Part shown: positions 38,200 to 52,140 of the stretch, in pieces
How positions within the stretch are numbered: the first letter of the stretch is position 1
How the letters are laid out: each line of letters starts with the position of its first letter
Program-made: the position numbers and the translations under genes
NCBI GenBank assembly: GCA_951406725.2
Contig: OX597819.1
Span: forward strand, 65,348,001 to 65,412,000
Direction of reading: 5' to 3'
Length of the DNA stretch: 64,000 nt
Source of the DNA: Octopus vulgaris
Lineage: Eukaryota
The notes under the pieces: generated by a model
Database searches by the model: none
The model's input: only the letters and a program-made list of their open reading frames with translations
What the model was told of the DNA's origin: nothing

Positions 38200-40745
38200 T
38201 GGTCGGCGAACGAACAACCAAAAAAAAAGGAGTATTAAAACAACAAACTAAGCATCTGAGCAACTTTGGACCCCCATAACAATTGAAGAGGTCACCCAGG
38301 CACTGCAAAGACTAAGCAACTGGAAGGCACCTGGGCATGACAAGATCCCCAATCTCTGGTTGAAATATTTAACAAGAATGCACAAAAAGCTGTCTGGAAA
38401 TTTTAACAACATACTGACAGAGCCAGAGACAATACCTGAATGGCTCACGAAGGGGAAAACCATCTTAATTCCCAAATCAAATGAGACAGCAAAACCAGAA
38501 AACTACGGACCTATCACCTGTCTCCCTACAATGTACAAAGCATTTACTGCAGTAATATCGCAAAGATTGAACAAGACCTGGACGAAAACAACCTATTTCC
38601 AGAAGAGCAGAAAGGATGCCGCAAAGGCTCATATGGTTGGAAAGATCAACTAATGATCAATAAAGCCATAACTGAAGACGGTCACAGAAAGAAGAAAGGC
38701 CTTAGTATGGCTTGGATCGACTACAAAAAGGCGCTTGATAGCATCCCCCACACATGGATCCTCGAAACACTAGCCATGAACAAAGTTGCCCCAACAATTA
38801 TAAAATACATAGGACACTCTATGAATAAATGGCAAACAGTGCTACAGCTCCAAACAAAAGAGGGACTTGTGAAAACCAAAGCCATCCCCATTAGAAGAGG
38901 AATATTCCAGGGAGATACGCTCTCTCCACTCCTTTTCTGCTTGGCACTGTCACCTCTATCGGATATGTTAAACATAACTGGATGCGGATATAAATGTTAC
39001 GGCAAAACGATCAGCCACCTTTTATATATGGATGACCTAAAACTATACGCTGCAAATAACAAACAGCTCGAAACACTACTAAAGTCAGTTCATGGATTTA
39101 CCACAGAAATAGATATGAAATTTGGATTAGAGAAATGCGCCAAAGTAAACCTGAAAAGAGGAAAACTTGTTAAGAGTAGCAACATCACACTAGATAAAAC
39201 CAATGAAATAAAAGAATTAGACCAAAGCCAAACTTACAAATACTTAGGAATCCATGAACTAGATAAAACACAACACACACAAATGAAAGAGAAAATAAAA
39301 AAAGAATATTATAGACGAGTTAGATCAATACTGAAAACAGAGCTCAATGCTAAAAACAAGATAATGGGTATCAACACTTTAGCCGTCCCAGTTATAAGTT
39401 ACAGCTACAATATCCTTAACTGGACATTAAATGAACTGACCAAAATAGATAGGAAAACAAGAAAAATAATGACAGGATTTAGGATGCATCACCCAAAATC
39501 TGACATAGAAAGGCTATATATACAACGTATAGATGGCGGTAGAGGCCTTATACAGCTGGAAAACTACTATAAAATAACCACCATAGGACTGCAAAAATAT
39601 CTACTTCAGAAGGAAGGAAAACTGATACAAATAGCGGCAAAACACGAGCAAAACAAAAAAAACTGTTCTCAGTCTTTTAAGAAAGCTGACAAATACAAAC
39701 AAGAAATCATACCACCTAACAAATATGAAGAAGAAGAAAAAGAAGAAGAAGAAGAAGAAGAAGAAGAAGAAGAAGAAGAAGAAGAAGAAGAAGAAGAAGA
39801 AGAAGAAGAAGAAGAAGAAGAAGAAGAAGAAGAAGAAGAAGAAGAAGAAACAACAAAAGCTATAAAACAAATGAAATCCAAACTAAAAGTAGAACAGCAA
39901 CGAACCATGATAAAACGATGGCAAGAAAAGCCCCTTCATGGCAAATACTGGACTAAACTAAATGCAAAAGAAATAAATCCCAACAATGGTTGAGAAGCTC
40001 AGGACTCAAAGCAGAGACAGAAGGATTTTTAATTGCAGCACAAGACCAAAGCCTCTCCACCAGAAATTACCAAAACCATGTAATGAAAAGAAATATAATA
40101 AGTAACTGCAGAATATGTGGAGATGGACAAGAAACAATAAATCATATTATCTCTGGTTGCCCAGTCTTGGCTAAGAAGGAATATATTCACAGACACGACA
40201 GAGTTGAGACCTATATACACTGGAAACTATGCCAACATTATGGAATAACAACAGGAAAAAGATGTTATAGGCACACACCAGAAAAGGTCACAAAAAACGA
40301 GAAAGCAACCATACTCTGGGATATGCCGATACACAGAGATAGAGAAATTAAGGCCAACAGACCAGATATAGTTGTCAGAGATGATGAAGAAAAAAATGCT
40401 TTCTAATTGATGTATCAATACCGGCAGAGAAACTTTCAAAATACAAAGACCTGGAAATAGAGGTAACTAGAATGTGGAATCTGAAAACAGAAACAATTCC
40501 TATCATAGTAGGTGCATTAGGCATGATAAAAAAATATTCAGACAAATACATAACAAAAACACCAGGACTTACAAAAATGTAACATACAGAAAATTGCACT
40601 ACTAGGCACTGCACACATCCTACGCAGAACACTTTCCATACAATAACCATCAGAGCATCACTACAAATCACAGCACATACCCAAGGCACACAGAGCTAAG
40701 CTCGGTAGTGAAGTGAAAGCACGATATAAAAAATATACTACTGAA
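38200..40745 (+). mobile_element. R4/Dong family 2, RT plus RLE endonuclease, frameshifted
   Basis: KAPGHD, AWIDYKKALDSIPH, GIFQGDTLSP, LLYMDDLKLY, YKYLG, CRIC...HIISGC, RHD, RPDIV; (TAA)n on both sides. Confidence 0.95.
39727..39849. repeat. (GAA)n expansion inside the R4 ORF (poly-Glu)
   Basis: ~40 GAA codons in frame. Confidence 0.95.
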
Positions 40746-40747
40746 TG

Positions 40748-40817
<70 letters not shown>

Positions 40818-40818
<1 letters not shown>

Positions 40819-41026
40819 TCCTACTGTAGGCTCAAGGCCTGAAATTTTGGGGTGGGGGCTAGTCGTATAGCCTGACCCAAGTGCGCAACTGGTACTTAAT
40901 TTATCGACCCAGAAAGGGTGAAAGGCAATGCCGACCTCGGCAGAATTTGAAAGAAGAACATAGCAATGGGCGAAAATCTGCAAAGCACTTCGGCCGGCGT
41001 CCTAAAGATTCGGTCAGCTCGCCGTC
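40818..41026 (-). mobile_element. SINE family B
   Basis: ctggtacttaatttatcgaccc...aaaggcaatgccgacctcggcagaatttgaa...cagctcgccg. Confidence 0.85.
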
Positions 41027-41070
<44 letters not shown>

Positions 41071-41074
<4 letters not shown>

Positions 41075-41552
41075 TGTCTTGCTATAGAAGATGGGCTACA
41101 GCAAATATTCTGCTCAATACCACAGATTTGCTTGTCAGTTGTTTGACCTTAACCAGTTGAGCATGTCCCTTAGTGGCTGACGATATGTACATCTCTGATC
41201 ACGAGCAGAAGTAATGGCGGGGGGCGTCATAGCCATGCATTAAGAGGAAGCATTTGACGTTGAGTAATTCACCTCTGGAAACATGACTGTTTCGTTCATC
41301 ATGCTTACACAAACCTTATTCAATCACCTTTTGAGTGGGATGAGCCCCTCAACTTGAAGAAAATATCTGGCCTTCGCCTACAAAGTCATGCGCTGTTTAT
41401 CTTGATATGATATCACCACGTTGCACCACCTATGGTTCTGATGCATTTGTCTGCTGCCCCTTTATCAGACGGGTAGTCATGATGTGTACATTGATCTTCG
41501 TATATTTGTACCACAGTGTCACTGAGATGGTATGCGCTACCCTCTCACTCAA
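41071..41552 (+). mobile_element. Repeat family D, second copy, between TAA tracts
   Basis: Homology to 35245-35766. Confidence 0.75.
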
Positions 41553-41666
41553 TGATAATAATACTGTTACAATAAGTTTACCTCTTTGGCACGGCCAGAA
41601 TAATCAGGAAATATTAGATAGCTGAAAAGAACGAACAGTAGGCTGGAGGTTATTATTATATGCAGA

Positions 41667-41754
41667 GATAATAATAATAACAATAACGATAATAATAATA
41701 TTAATGATAATAATAATAATTATAGATTTAGTAGAAGTAGTAGCAGCAGCAGTG

Positions 41755-41807
<53 letters not shown>

Positions 41808-41855
41808 GGTAGCAGCAGCAGTAGCAGCAGCAGCAGTAGCAGTAGCAGTAGTAGT

Positions 41856-41933
<78 letters not shown>

Positions 41934-41952
41934 GGTGTTGGTGGTGGTGGTG
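41667..41952. repeat. (TAA)/(GTA)/(GCA)/(GTG)n compound trinucleotide array
   Basis: direct reading. Confidence 0.95.
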
Positions 41953-41954
41953 GG

Positions 41955-42172
41955 TGCGCCATATTTTAGCACAAGTCCAGCAGTTTCAGGTGATGGACAA
42001 GTCGATTATATTTATATCAAGTCCATTGCTTAAATGGTACTTATTTTATCGACCCCGAAAGGAAGAAAGATTAAAACCGACCTCGACCGAATTTGAACTG
42101 GGAACATAAAGAGAGAGAATAAATGCCGCTAAGCATTTTACCCGGCGTGAAAATGATCTTGTAACCTCGCTG
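41955..42172 (-). mobile_element. SINE family B, degenerate
   Basis: ggtacttattttatcgaccccgaaagg...gacctcgaccgaatttgaact. Confidence 0.7.
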
Positions 42173-42623
42173 CGTTAGAAGTTGCTGTAGTAGTAATAAA
42201 GGTGATGAAGAGGAGGAGGTGGAAGAGGAGAAGGAGGAGGAGGGGAGGAGGAGAGGAAATGGTACATAAAACAGAATGACGGATTTAAATCTGACCTGTG
42301 GTAGAGAGAGCATTTCTTTGAAGATGTCACGGATGGCGAGGAAAAACACTGACAATAAAAATTGATTGAGTAACCGAATTAGTTTGTTAATTAGTAATAA
42401 TATCAATTCACTTCAAGAATAAAAATAAGGAAGTGAAATAGAACCAATCTATTTATTTCTTATTGGCATAATAACAAGATACAACAAAATATGTTTCAAG
42501 ACACGAGTTCACACCAAGAATCTGAACCCAGAATGAAATATAAATAAATATAATAATAACTGTTATAAGTAATATAGGAAGGAGGAGTAGTAGGAGGATA
42601 AATAATATTCATGGTGATAGTAA

Positions 42624-43053
42624 TCTTTCGACTCAAGTCACAAGGCTCGAAATTTGGGAGGAGTGGGCCAGCCGATTAGATCGACCTCAGTACGTAAATG
42701 GTAGTTAATTTATCGCTCTCCGAAAGGATGCAAAGCAAAGCCAACCTCGGCGGAATTCGAACTCAGAACATAAAGACAAAGGAAATAGCGCTAGGCGTTT
42801 CGCCCGGCATGCTAACGTTTCTTATTTCTTTATTGCCCACAAGGGGCTAAACATAGAGGGGACAAACAAGAGCACAGAAAGGGATTAAGTCGATTACATC
42901 GACCCAAGTGCGTAACTGATACTTAATTAATCGACCCGGAAAGGATGAAAGGCAAAGTCGACTTCGGCGGAATTTGAACTCAGAAAGTAACGGCAGACTA
43001 AATACCGCTGAGCATTTCGCCCGGCGTGCTAACGTTTCTGCCAGTTCGCCGCC
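42624..43053 (-). mobile_element. Two tandem SINE family B copies
   Basis: gaaaggatg...cggcggaatt(c/t)gaactcagaa at 42722 and 42939; head ...ctgccagttcgccgcc ends at 43053. Confidence 0.9.
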
Positions 43054-44276
43054 TTTGATGGTAATAGTAATGAGGTTGGTGGTGCTGCCGTCGAAGTAGA
43101 CTTTATATTTTTAGATTAGAAACAATGGAGATGAGATCTGAAGAAAGCGAGAGAAACAAACGTGTGATACAGAATGTGAGAGAGTGAAAGAAAGAGCTAC
43201 AGAGAGATAAGCAGGCTAACTAATTGAAGAATAATTGAGTCATAAATTAATTAACAGCAATGTGAAAGCAATCTATATCCAAGTAATACAGTGGATATGA
43301 TTATATTTAATATCTCAATACAGAAGCCGTTCATAGGCAGACACTTCATTAACAACATTAATCCTTAGTAGTCAGAAAACTTGAAAAAAATTACGAATCT
43401 ACCTAAAACAAGATAACTTGAGTTTTAATGAACACTTTGACATTCAGTGTTTTAGATCTCAGAAAAATAAAATCATTATATCAATTGTTAGTCCATACTT
43501 CAGACCCTGTTCAGATGCATGTTTTTCAATGCGTAATTGAAGTAAGTATAAATCGTATTAGAAATATCAATATCTTTAAACAAACTCCTTTGATTATTAA
43601 ATCTATAAAATACAATATATTTAAACACGTAAAAAATAGCCCAAATGCCAAACAATATGAGAAGGGAATCACAAATATAATGTATCAATTATTGTTAGGA
43701 AGGAAAATAAACCGCAAATATGAATATGAATTTAGTACTGAAAATTCTACTAAAATTTAGGTTTCGTTTATACGTTTTAATGCAAGCAGACGATTGAATA
43801 TAGAAAGTTAACAAACCATAAAAGCTCCTTGTGCCCTTATCTAAGTGGGTGATATTTAAGTGCATGGGTTATAGTTAAAAACCTGAGGTTTAGACCAAAG
43901 GTACGTGCAAGTTTTGTCCTTAGTCCTTGACACTGGTAGGAGTTGGTTTATGTCGGACAGTTACGAAACTATAAACACCTATTAAAACCATCAAACAACC
44001 TGACATTCATAGAAGTGAGGCAGCGGAAACGCCATATGTGTGTGTGTCTGTGTCAATGTGAACGTATATGTGTGTGTCTGTGTTTGCGTGTATGTAAGTA
44101 AGAGGTGTATATATACCAGATATAAATGTGATAATTGTGTAAATACACATGCATATATATTGAATACACACACACATATATAAATACATACGTATATACG
44201 CATCTGTGTGTGCCTATGCATCTGTATTTATAGATACACGTACGAATTTAACGAATAAATATACATATAGGTATAC

Positions 44277-44331
<55 letters not shown>

Positions 44332-44477
44332 TATATTCTTGTATATGTATGCATTTGTATGAATATATATGTATATTTTATATATATACATACACACATA
44401 TATGTATATACATGGATATATATATATACATATACAGATATATAAATATACATACATACATATATATATATATAAAC

Positions 44478-44554
<77 letters not shown>

Positions 44555-45020
44555 TCAATATATACATATATACAGATGTCTGTAAAAATGAAACCACCTG
44601 TCATATGTGTACAACGGTAAATCAAAAACTAACTACCTACTAAGATCGAACTTCGATTCCTGACATTGTGAAGCGTGATTTATAAGCTATAAAGCCGAAA
44701 ACAATAAACAATAAAAATAAAATATATATGAAATAAAAAACTACTGTATATTTCTAAAGTAATGCCTCATATCAGACGTGAGTATTCTAAGGTGGTACTT
44801 CCTACGGGTCACCAGAATCATCGCATTTCTCCATTGGCAACTTTTTTTCTATTAATTTATTTATTATTATTATTTTTCTGTAATAACCATCATGACTTCG
44901 AGGTTGAGAGAGGTCACGCAAACACAAAATAAAATCACAAGTCTAACAGACATCAGCATCACCATCATGACATCCGTCAAATCTAACACTAATACATATA
45001 TATATATGCATGTATGTATA

Positions 45021-45197
<177 letters not shown>

Positions 45198-45516
45198 ATG
45201 TATATATGTACCAGCAACTTCAAAAACAAGATTTATTTATGATGGAAAAACAAAAGTTATTTTCTTTTTTTCTCTCTTTATTATTTTTTATATATTTTTA
45301 CAATATAACATAATAGATATATTCATCATATGAAATCGATAAATCACGAATGATAGATCAATATAATTTTTTTTTTATTTTACATTTATTTATTTTTCGT
45401 TATATACATACTTATCATATATACGCACTCACACACACACATGCACACACGCACCAACGCACACATGCACACACACACAAACACATACACATACACACAT
45501 ACACACATATATACAT

Positions 45517-45584
<68 letters not shown>

Positions 45585-46204
45585 GCATATATTTATACAC
45601 ATACATATATGCATATAACGATGTATATATATATAAATTTATATATTACGGAGGTGTGTATATTTCTGATATAATAACAGTTTTTGTCTTTTATGGAGGA
45701 CAGTCCGAACATGCTATGAAGGTAATATTTAAATCATGCAACCGTAAATTATCCAATGTGAATTGGCCTGTAAAAGTTCTGTGAGGCAAATACAGATTCA
45801 GACACCCAGATATACGTATGCTTAAACTTATAAAGAATAGTAAAAAAGCAACAATTAAGTAAGAGAGAGACAAACAGACACACGAGCATAAACATTTGCA
45901 CAGTAACTAGTGTTTGCATAAACGCTCATAGAGACAACGGGAATACATAAAATTTACATAAATTGTGATAAGCTACGTTTAATAGATATGTGCGTATGTA
46001 GGTTGTCATATCTACACACATTCACTCATACACGCATAAACACACACACACAGATATATATATATATGTGTGTGTGTGTGTGGGTGGGTGGGTGTGTAAA
46101 CATGATTTATCAATGAATGTGTATACAAATACACTTCTAAACAAATGCACATACTTACATACATCAACATACGTATATATGTGAACGAACATGTATATAT
46201 ACAT

Positions 46205-46251
<47 letters not shown>

Positions 46252-46407
46252 AAGAGATCGTATGTATGAAGGTACATATCCGTACACGGATATAACATAT
46301 ATATATATATATATTTAAATATATATATACATATATATATATGTACCTATATACATATACATACAAAAACGAGCACACACACGCACACACGCACATGCTC
46401 ATATATA

Positions 46408-46501
<94 letters not shown>

Positions 46502-46989
46502 CATACATATATACATACATACATATACAGATGTGTGTGTTTAGTGAATGCGTATGCTCTAAGTCAACAGGAAATTTAAACAGATAGGAAAACGCATTTC
46601 TATACATTCATGACCCATATTTCATAACCCTGTCTGATCGGTATTGCATGCTTCAGCACATATCACGGGTACATGAATGCGTTTGCGTAGAAATATATCT
46701 GCATACATGTGCATGTGTTTCAGTGTGCAGACACACACACATACCTGCACATAAGCTCAAGGACACACAGAGTTACGTTTTCGTACAAGAAGCGTTAATC
46801 ACGTAAGCTTGTACTTCTATATGTATATATATACACACATATTCACACATATATATACATATCTATACATATATATATATATTTGTATGTATGTATGTAT
46901 ATGTATATATTTGTACTTATATACACATATATATGTATATATATATATATATACATATATATAAACAATATATATACTTATCTATCTTC

Positions 46990-47170
46990 CTGTCAGGTGC
47001 CCCAGATGAACCAACTTCACAGCAGGAGGTGCAGATGAGGGCAGCTGCATCAAACTCTCTCATGCACCAAACTTCAATGGCTAAAGCGCATTCGTGAAGT
47101 AAAAGTATGTAGCAAAACTAAATGGCAGTGCCCCAGCATGGCAACAGCTCGTGAGCTGAAACTAGATGAA
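46990..47170 (+). mobile_element. Repeat fragment sharing a family-A-like tail
   Basis: gtgccccagcatggcaacagc...gctgaaactagatgaaa. Confidence 0.45.
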
Positions 47171-47252
47171 ATATATATATAAATATATATATATATCTAT
47201 ATGCATGTATGTGTACGTATGCGCGTGCATGAATGTGTGTATATATGTATAC

Positions 47253-47286
<34 letters not shown>

Positions 47287-47526
47287 TTGTGTGTGCGTCT
47301 GTGTGTGTGTGTATGTATATATATATGCGTGTGTGTGAGTGTGTGGTGTGTGTGTATTTGTCTGTACGTGTTTGTGTATGTGCGTGTGTGTGTAGGTACG
47401 TGGATTTGCTTGTCGTGGAAAGTGATCCCGTGAAATTCTTGCCAACGCGTTGTTGTCCACCATTACGAAATTGGCCGGAGCAAGTAAAATCGGGAGCTAT
47501 CAGAAATGAAATAGAAATGACAATGA

Positions 47527-47715
47527 GGCTGATGATGATGATGATGATGAGGAGGAGGAGGAGGAGGAGGGGGAGGAACAGGTGGTGATGGTGGTGGTGG
47601 TGGGGGTGGCGTTGGAGGAGGAGGAGGAAGAGGAGGAGGAGAAGGAAGTGGTGGTGGTGGTGGTGGTGGACGACGATGACAATGACGACGATGTTGACGA
47701 CGATTATGATGATTA
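47527..47715. repeat. (GAT)/(GAG)/(GGT)n compound repeat
   Basis: direct reading. Confidence 0.9.
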
Positions 47716-48376
47716 TGTCATACAAAATAATATATGATAGAAAAATTGCTCTTTCCCCGTGTTTCCAGAAATGAATTGTTGACATCCCAAAGGCACCCTC
47801 TCAAAACATGCTTATGTTCCCTCTTTGATATTTCCTGTGATCATAGATGGACCTATCATCAACTACGGTACACGCTCACTGCTGAATTGCAAATGTGAGA
47901 AGCTGCGCAGAATATTTGCAGTAGCCAGCCATGATTTCACACCCAGACAAAACATATACAAATCGCCTTCGTGGCAAATAAATGAAATCATTATTCTCAT
48001 TGTTTTTCTTGTGAAAGCTAATGGGATAGTTCTTAATTACTGGTTTATCCTTTACTTGAAAGCAGGCAACAACAAATCAAAGATTTCAAGTAGTGCCTTC
48101 TCCTGTGACTCAAAGAGACAATGCTCTCATTAGAATGCGAGCTGTACCAAACAATGCTGTCTTCTGGATCACTTTGAGAATGATAGCATCTCCAATAATC
48201 TTAATATGTTTTTCAAAGCTTTTGGAAACTGCTCCTAATGCTCCAATTGCCACCGGTATCACCATTACTTTCCTCATGCCCCATAACTTATCTATCTCAT
48301 CCCGCAGTCTCTGGTATTTCTCACTCTTTTCTGTTTCCTTACGTTTCAACCTTGGATCGCCTAGCATTGCAACATC

Positions 48377-48378
<2 letters not shown>
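47716..48378 (-). mobile_element. R4/Dong family 3, 3' fragment with 3'UTR
   Basis: IDVAML.D...EKSEKYQRL..LWG...IPVAIGALG...IQKTALFGTARIL; starts at a TAA/TGA tract; 3' boundary approximate. Confidence 0.85.
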
Positions 48379-48409
<31 letters not shown>

Positions 48410-48419
48410 CATCATCATC

Positions 48420-48530
<111 letters not shown>

Positions 48531-48993
48531 GTCTTTGCACAGATTCTATCGCTAGAGATGTACGAAGGTGCCAGCTTTTCATTACCAGTGAACTAAGGCA
48601 ACACCCCTTATTTTTCGAGCGCCATGCAGAATATTCGAGCGATTCCAAGCAGTTCTGTTTTCTGCAGGTGCTGCACCCTTATTGCAGCCCGTGTTTGTTC
48701 CATGTACTTCTCAAGATTTTTACTCACTGTTCTCAGGGCTCCGACAATTATTGGTACTACTACCACTTTTTTCATTGACCAAAACTGCTTCACAGCTCAA
48801 ACTAACCTATCCTGTCTCTCGACATTTCTTTCTTCTTTATCGCATACGTTGTTGTCAGCTGGGCATAAAATATCTATGAACCAGCATCGTTTGCTTTCTT
48901 TCTCAATTAACACTATGTCTGCCTTCCTATTCTCTATCTCATGGTCACACTCAATCATAAAATGCTATAGGATTTTTCCTTGTCATTTCCGAT
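48531..48993 (-). mobile_element. R4/Dong family 4, 3' fragment
   Basis: HKPEGII..., WSMKKVVVVPIIVGAL...LQKTELLGIARI; 3' end runs into (TAA)n. Confidence 0.85.
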
Positions 48994-49063
48994 GATGCCT
49001 TCGGGTTTATGTTCGTTTATCATCGTCATTAGTATTGTTGTTGTTGTTGTTGTTGTTATTGAA

Positions 49064-49300
49064 GGCGGCGGGCTGGCAGAATCATTAGCACGCCGGGCGA
49101 AATGCTTACCGGTATTTCGTCTGCCTCTGCGTTCTGAGTTCAACTTCAGCCGTGGTCGACTTTGCCTTTCCTCCTTTCGGGGCCAATGAAATAAGTACCA
49201 GCAGCGTACTAGGATTGATGCGATCGACTAGCCACCTCCGCCATCACTTCCCCACCAACAGAAAAAAAAACAACTTTCAAGGCCTAGAATGTCTAGAGTA
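49064..49300 (+). mobile_element. SINE family B, near full length
   Basis: ggcggcgggctggcagaatc A-box, gagttcaac B-box, ggtcgactttgcctttcctcctttcgggg. Confidence 0.85.
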
Positions 49301-50409
49301 AAAATAATGATTATTATTATTGCTGTTATAACTCAAAGAAATATTCATTGTTATCTACCGTTACATTGGTAGGATTTCTACGTCGTCAGTCAGAATGTAT
49401 TTCCTTACCAATGTACATTTTATAATTCAACCTCCACCCAGATCAAATTTTCTTTTCTTCATTCTTAGAATCGATAACATAATCTACCAGTCATATATTA
49501 GAATCGATTTCATCCAGAAACACCTCCTTCCTAAATCTATGTTATTGTGCTCATGTAAGAACCGATTATTAATAATTACAGTTGGTTATATTCTATTTCA
49601 GTGAACTTTCATAACGCAACGGCAATTTTCAAACGTTTTCAACTCATGAATTATTCATATTCTGACAATTTTTACAGTCATATCGTTGGTAATGTTTTTA
49701 TATTCTGGGTGATATTTTTGTAAAATCCGGTTCATCCTCTTATCCATATTCCTTTGCGTAATAGAGTGAAATTTGTCTATGCATTGGAAGAAAATATTAT
49801 GGCTTTCGTAGTGACGTTTATTAGTTATTTTTATACTTTATGAAAAATATTTTCTGGTTTGGCTTAGCATATTGCAATTCTCGTCTCGTCTCTGATTATG
49901 TATCTTTGAGCAGTTCACATAGTGTGTGTTTCGGTCTTTAATCAGAATTGTACATACTATACACGTTTTCTCCTCGCCACCTTATACTTAACTTGTTGGC
50001 ATCACCTTCTTTTCTTTGTCATATATTCTACTCAGGATTTAGTTTCATCAGTGTTGTTTGATTTGTGCGTTACATCACTTTACTATATTATGGATCTGGC
50101 TAAGTATTGACGTTCGAGTTAACACAGATCTTTGATTCTAAAATATATGTCCACTGTACAAGTGTATATAATTCAAGTGGATTCTATACATGTTTGTATA
50201 TTCGTTACATTATCAATATTCCTGATATAGCTAAATTAAACCTAGTTGCATTGTGTGTCAGGGAATCCTGCTGATTGTGGGATTATTTATTAGGGCAAAA
50301 AGGAAGATTAAAGCTGTAACAGTTTTACGTTGAGAGTATACAGAGATTGTATTAAACCGTTTGTCATTATTTATATATCAATGTTTTATATATGCATTAG
50401 TTATTGTAG

Positions 50410-50621
50410 TCTGTCGGTTACGACGACGAGGCTCTCAGCTGATATGATCAACGGATGAGCTTGCTCGTGAAATTAACGTGCAAGTGGCTGAGCACTACAC
50501 AGACACGTTACGCCTTAATGTAGTTCTCAGGGAGGTTAGGCGTGATACAAAGTGTGACAACGCTGGCCCTTCGAAATACAGAAACTACTCATTTTTGCCA
50601 GCTGAGTGGACTGGAGCAACA
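50410..50621 (-). mobile_element. SINE family C
   Basis: gtcggttacgacgacgagg...ttttgccagctgagtggactggagcaac. Confidence 0.85.
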
Positions 50622-50888
50622 TGTCTCTGCATGCTTCTGGATTTTAAGCGACGTTTCAAGAATCGTGTGTGTGTCTGTATGTGTGTGGGGGGAAAGGGAC
50701 TTGTGTGGTTATGTTATATTCCGTTAGGAATGTGGTAGAGTGTAGTATAAAGTTCGTCCACCTTCAGAACTACCCAGTACTATCGGTAGGATTTATATAC
50801 TTCCAAGTGTAAATTTTTGCATTCGTCACGCATATAAAATTGAAGAAAATGGAGTGAAGAAGAAGGAGGGAGGTTGGACATTTATTAT

Positions 50889-50993
50889 TTGCTACAATTG
50901 TTTCGACACTACGTAGCTTACCAAGAATAAAGACATTTGATTATGAAACTGTTTGTTTGCATAATGAGATCTACTTGTGTTTCCTCGGGCGAT
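50889..50993 (-). ncRNA. Degenerate type I hammerhead with ~75 nt stem II
   Basis: Minus strand tcgc-CCGAGGA-aacac...gtgtc-GAAA-caattg-TA-gcaa; palindromic ACAATTGT stem III; U4C change. Confidence 0.55.
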
Positions 50994-51872
50994 ATACTAG
51001 TGTTGTCTCCGCTAGTTTAAAATCGTCGAATTAAGGCCATCTCCTCTGTTCGCCCTGGTTTCAATTTACTAGCGGCTGACAGACCCATGGTGTGTGCTGC
51101 GAGATCGTATTTGTCGGACTGCTATTAAAGGTAGTAGATGGTACTGGCTGAAATTTAAGTAGGATTGGTCTTCTATTTGGTTATATCTCTGATCTGTTCT
51201 TCATGGTTGGCTACGCATGTGAATTTCTTAAGCTGACCTTTAGTATTCAGTGATCGGATACATACATACACACTGACTCACACATACACTCTCACATACA
51301 ACCTAATGCATATATGCCTGTATACACGCATACACGCACTCACATATACATACACATAGATATGTAAATAAACCTACCGCTTTGACTTGCACATACATAT
51401 ACTGAAGCGCGTGTGTATATACAGACTCTTACAGACGCATTTTCCTGGAATATATTTTGTCCGGTGAGCACAACCAAATTTCATTTCATCTTTCTTAGAA
51501 GTCATCGTTTTCGATATTTTCCATACTCACAATTTCTCGTGGAGCTCATATCTTCAGAAAGAGGTCTATGTGATGATTAGTTGGAGTGGGGCGCTAGGAA
51601 TGTGACGTGGGCGTCAAGGGGGCGGAGTCCGAAACAGATTGGGAACCACTGAACACCCGATCATATATTACGCAATTCCGACAATTATGCTGCTCTTACA
51701 AAAGCCGAATCTTTTACTTATCTCAACTTGCTTCAACGTAGTCGTGTCTTGTACAAATACACCTCAAACATCACTGATCATTTTTCACGTCCAAATCTAA
51801 CCCCTACCATAACGGATTTTTCCTTACGCTTTTCATGCCTTCACACCACTGCTTCATCGCCGTTACCTACCA

Positions 51873-52140
51873 CAATGGTTCCTAAATTGGGCGGTATTGT
51901 ACTGCTGGAGACGGTAGAAGGTTCGAAGAGGGAGTTGAAGAAAGGTGAAGCGATAATGGCGTAGCGATTCGTATAAACACAACAAATATTAAGTACGTTA
52001 TGTTACGTTTTATTGGTTAAATGCAGTTGCTTTGAATGTGCTTCAGAAAGAAGTTAATGTGATGATTAGTTGGAGTGAGGTGCTAGGAATGTGGCGTGGG
52101 CGTCAAGGGGTCAGAGCCCGAAAAAGATTGGGAACCACTG
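51873..52140 (+). mobile_element. hAT-type MITE
   Basis: caatggttcctaa ... ttgggaaccactg (CAGTGGTTCCCAA-type TIR); no clear 8 bp TSD. Confidence 0.65.

Noticed and set aside
35766-41070. CRISPR-like alternation of repeats and spacers
   Set aside because: Repeats are variable (TAA)n and spacers are retrotransposon fragments; no cas genes; eukaryotic context
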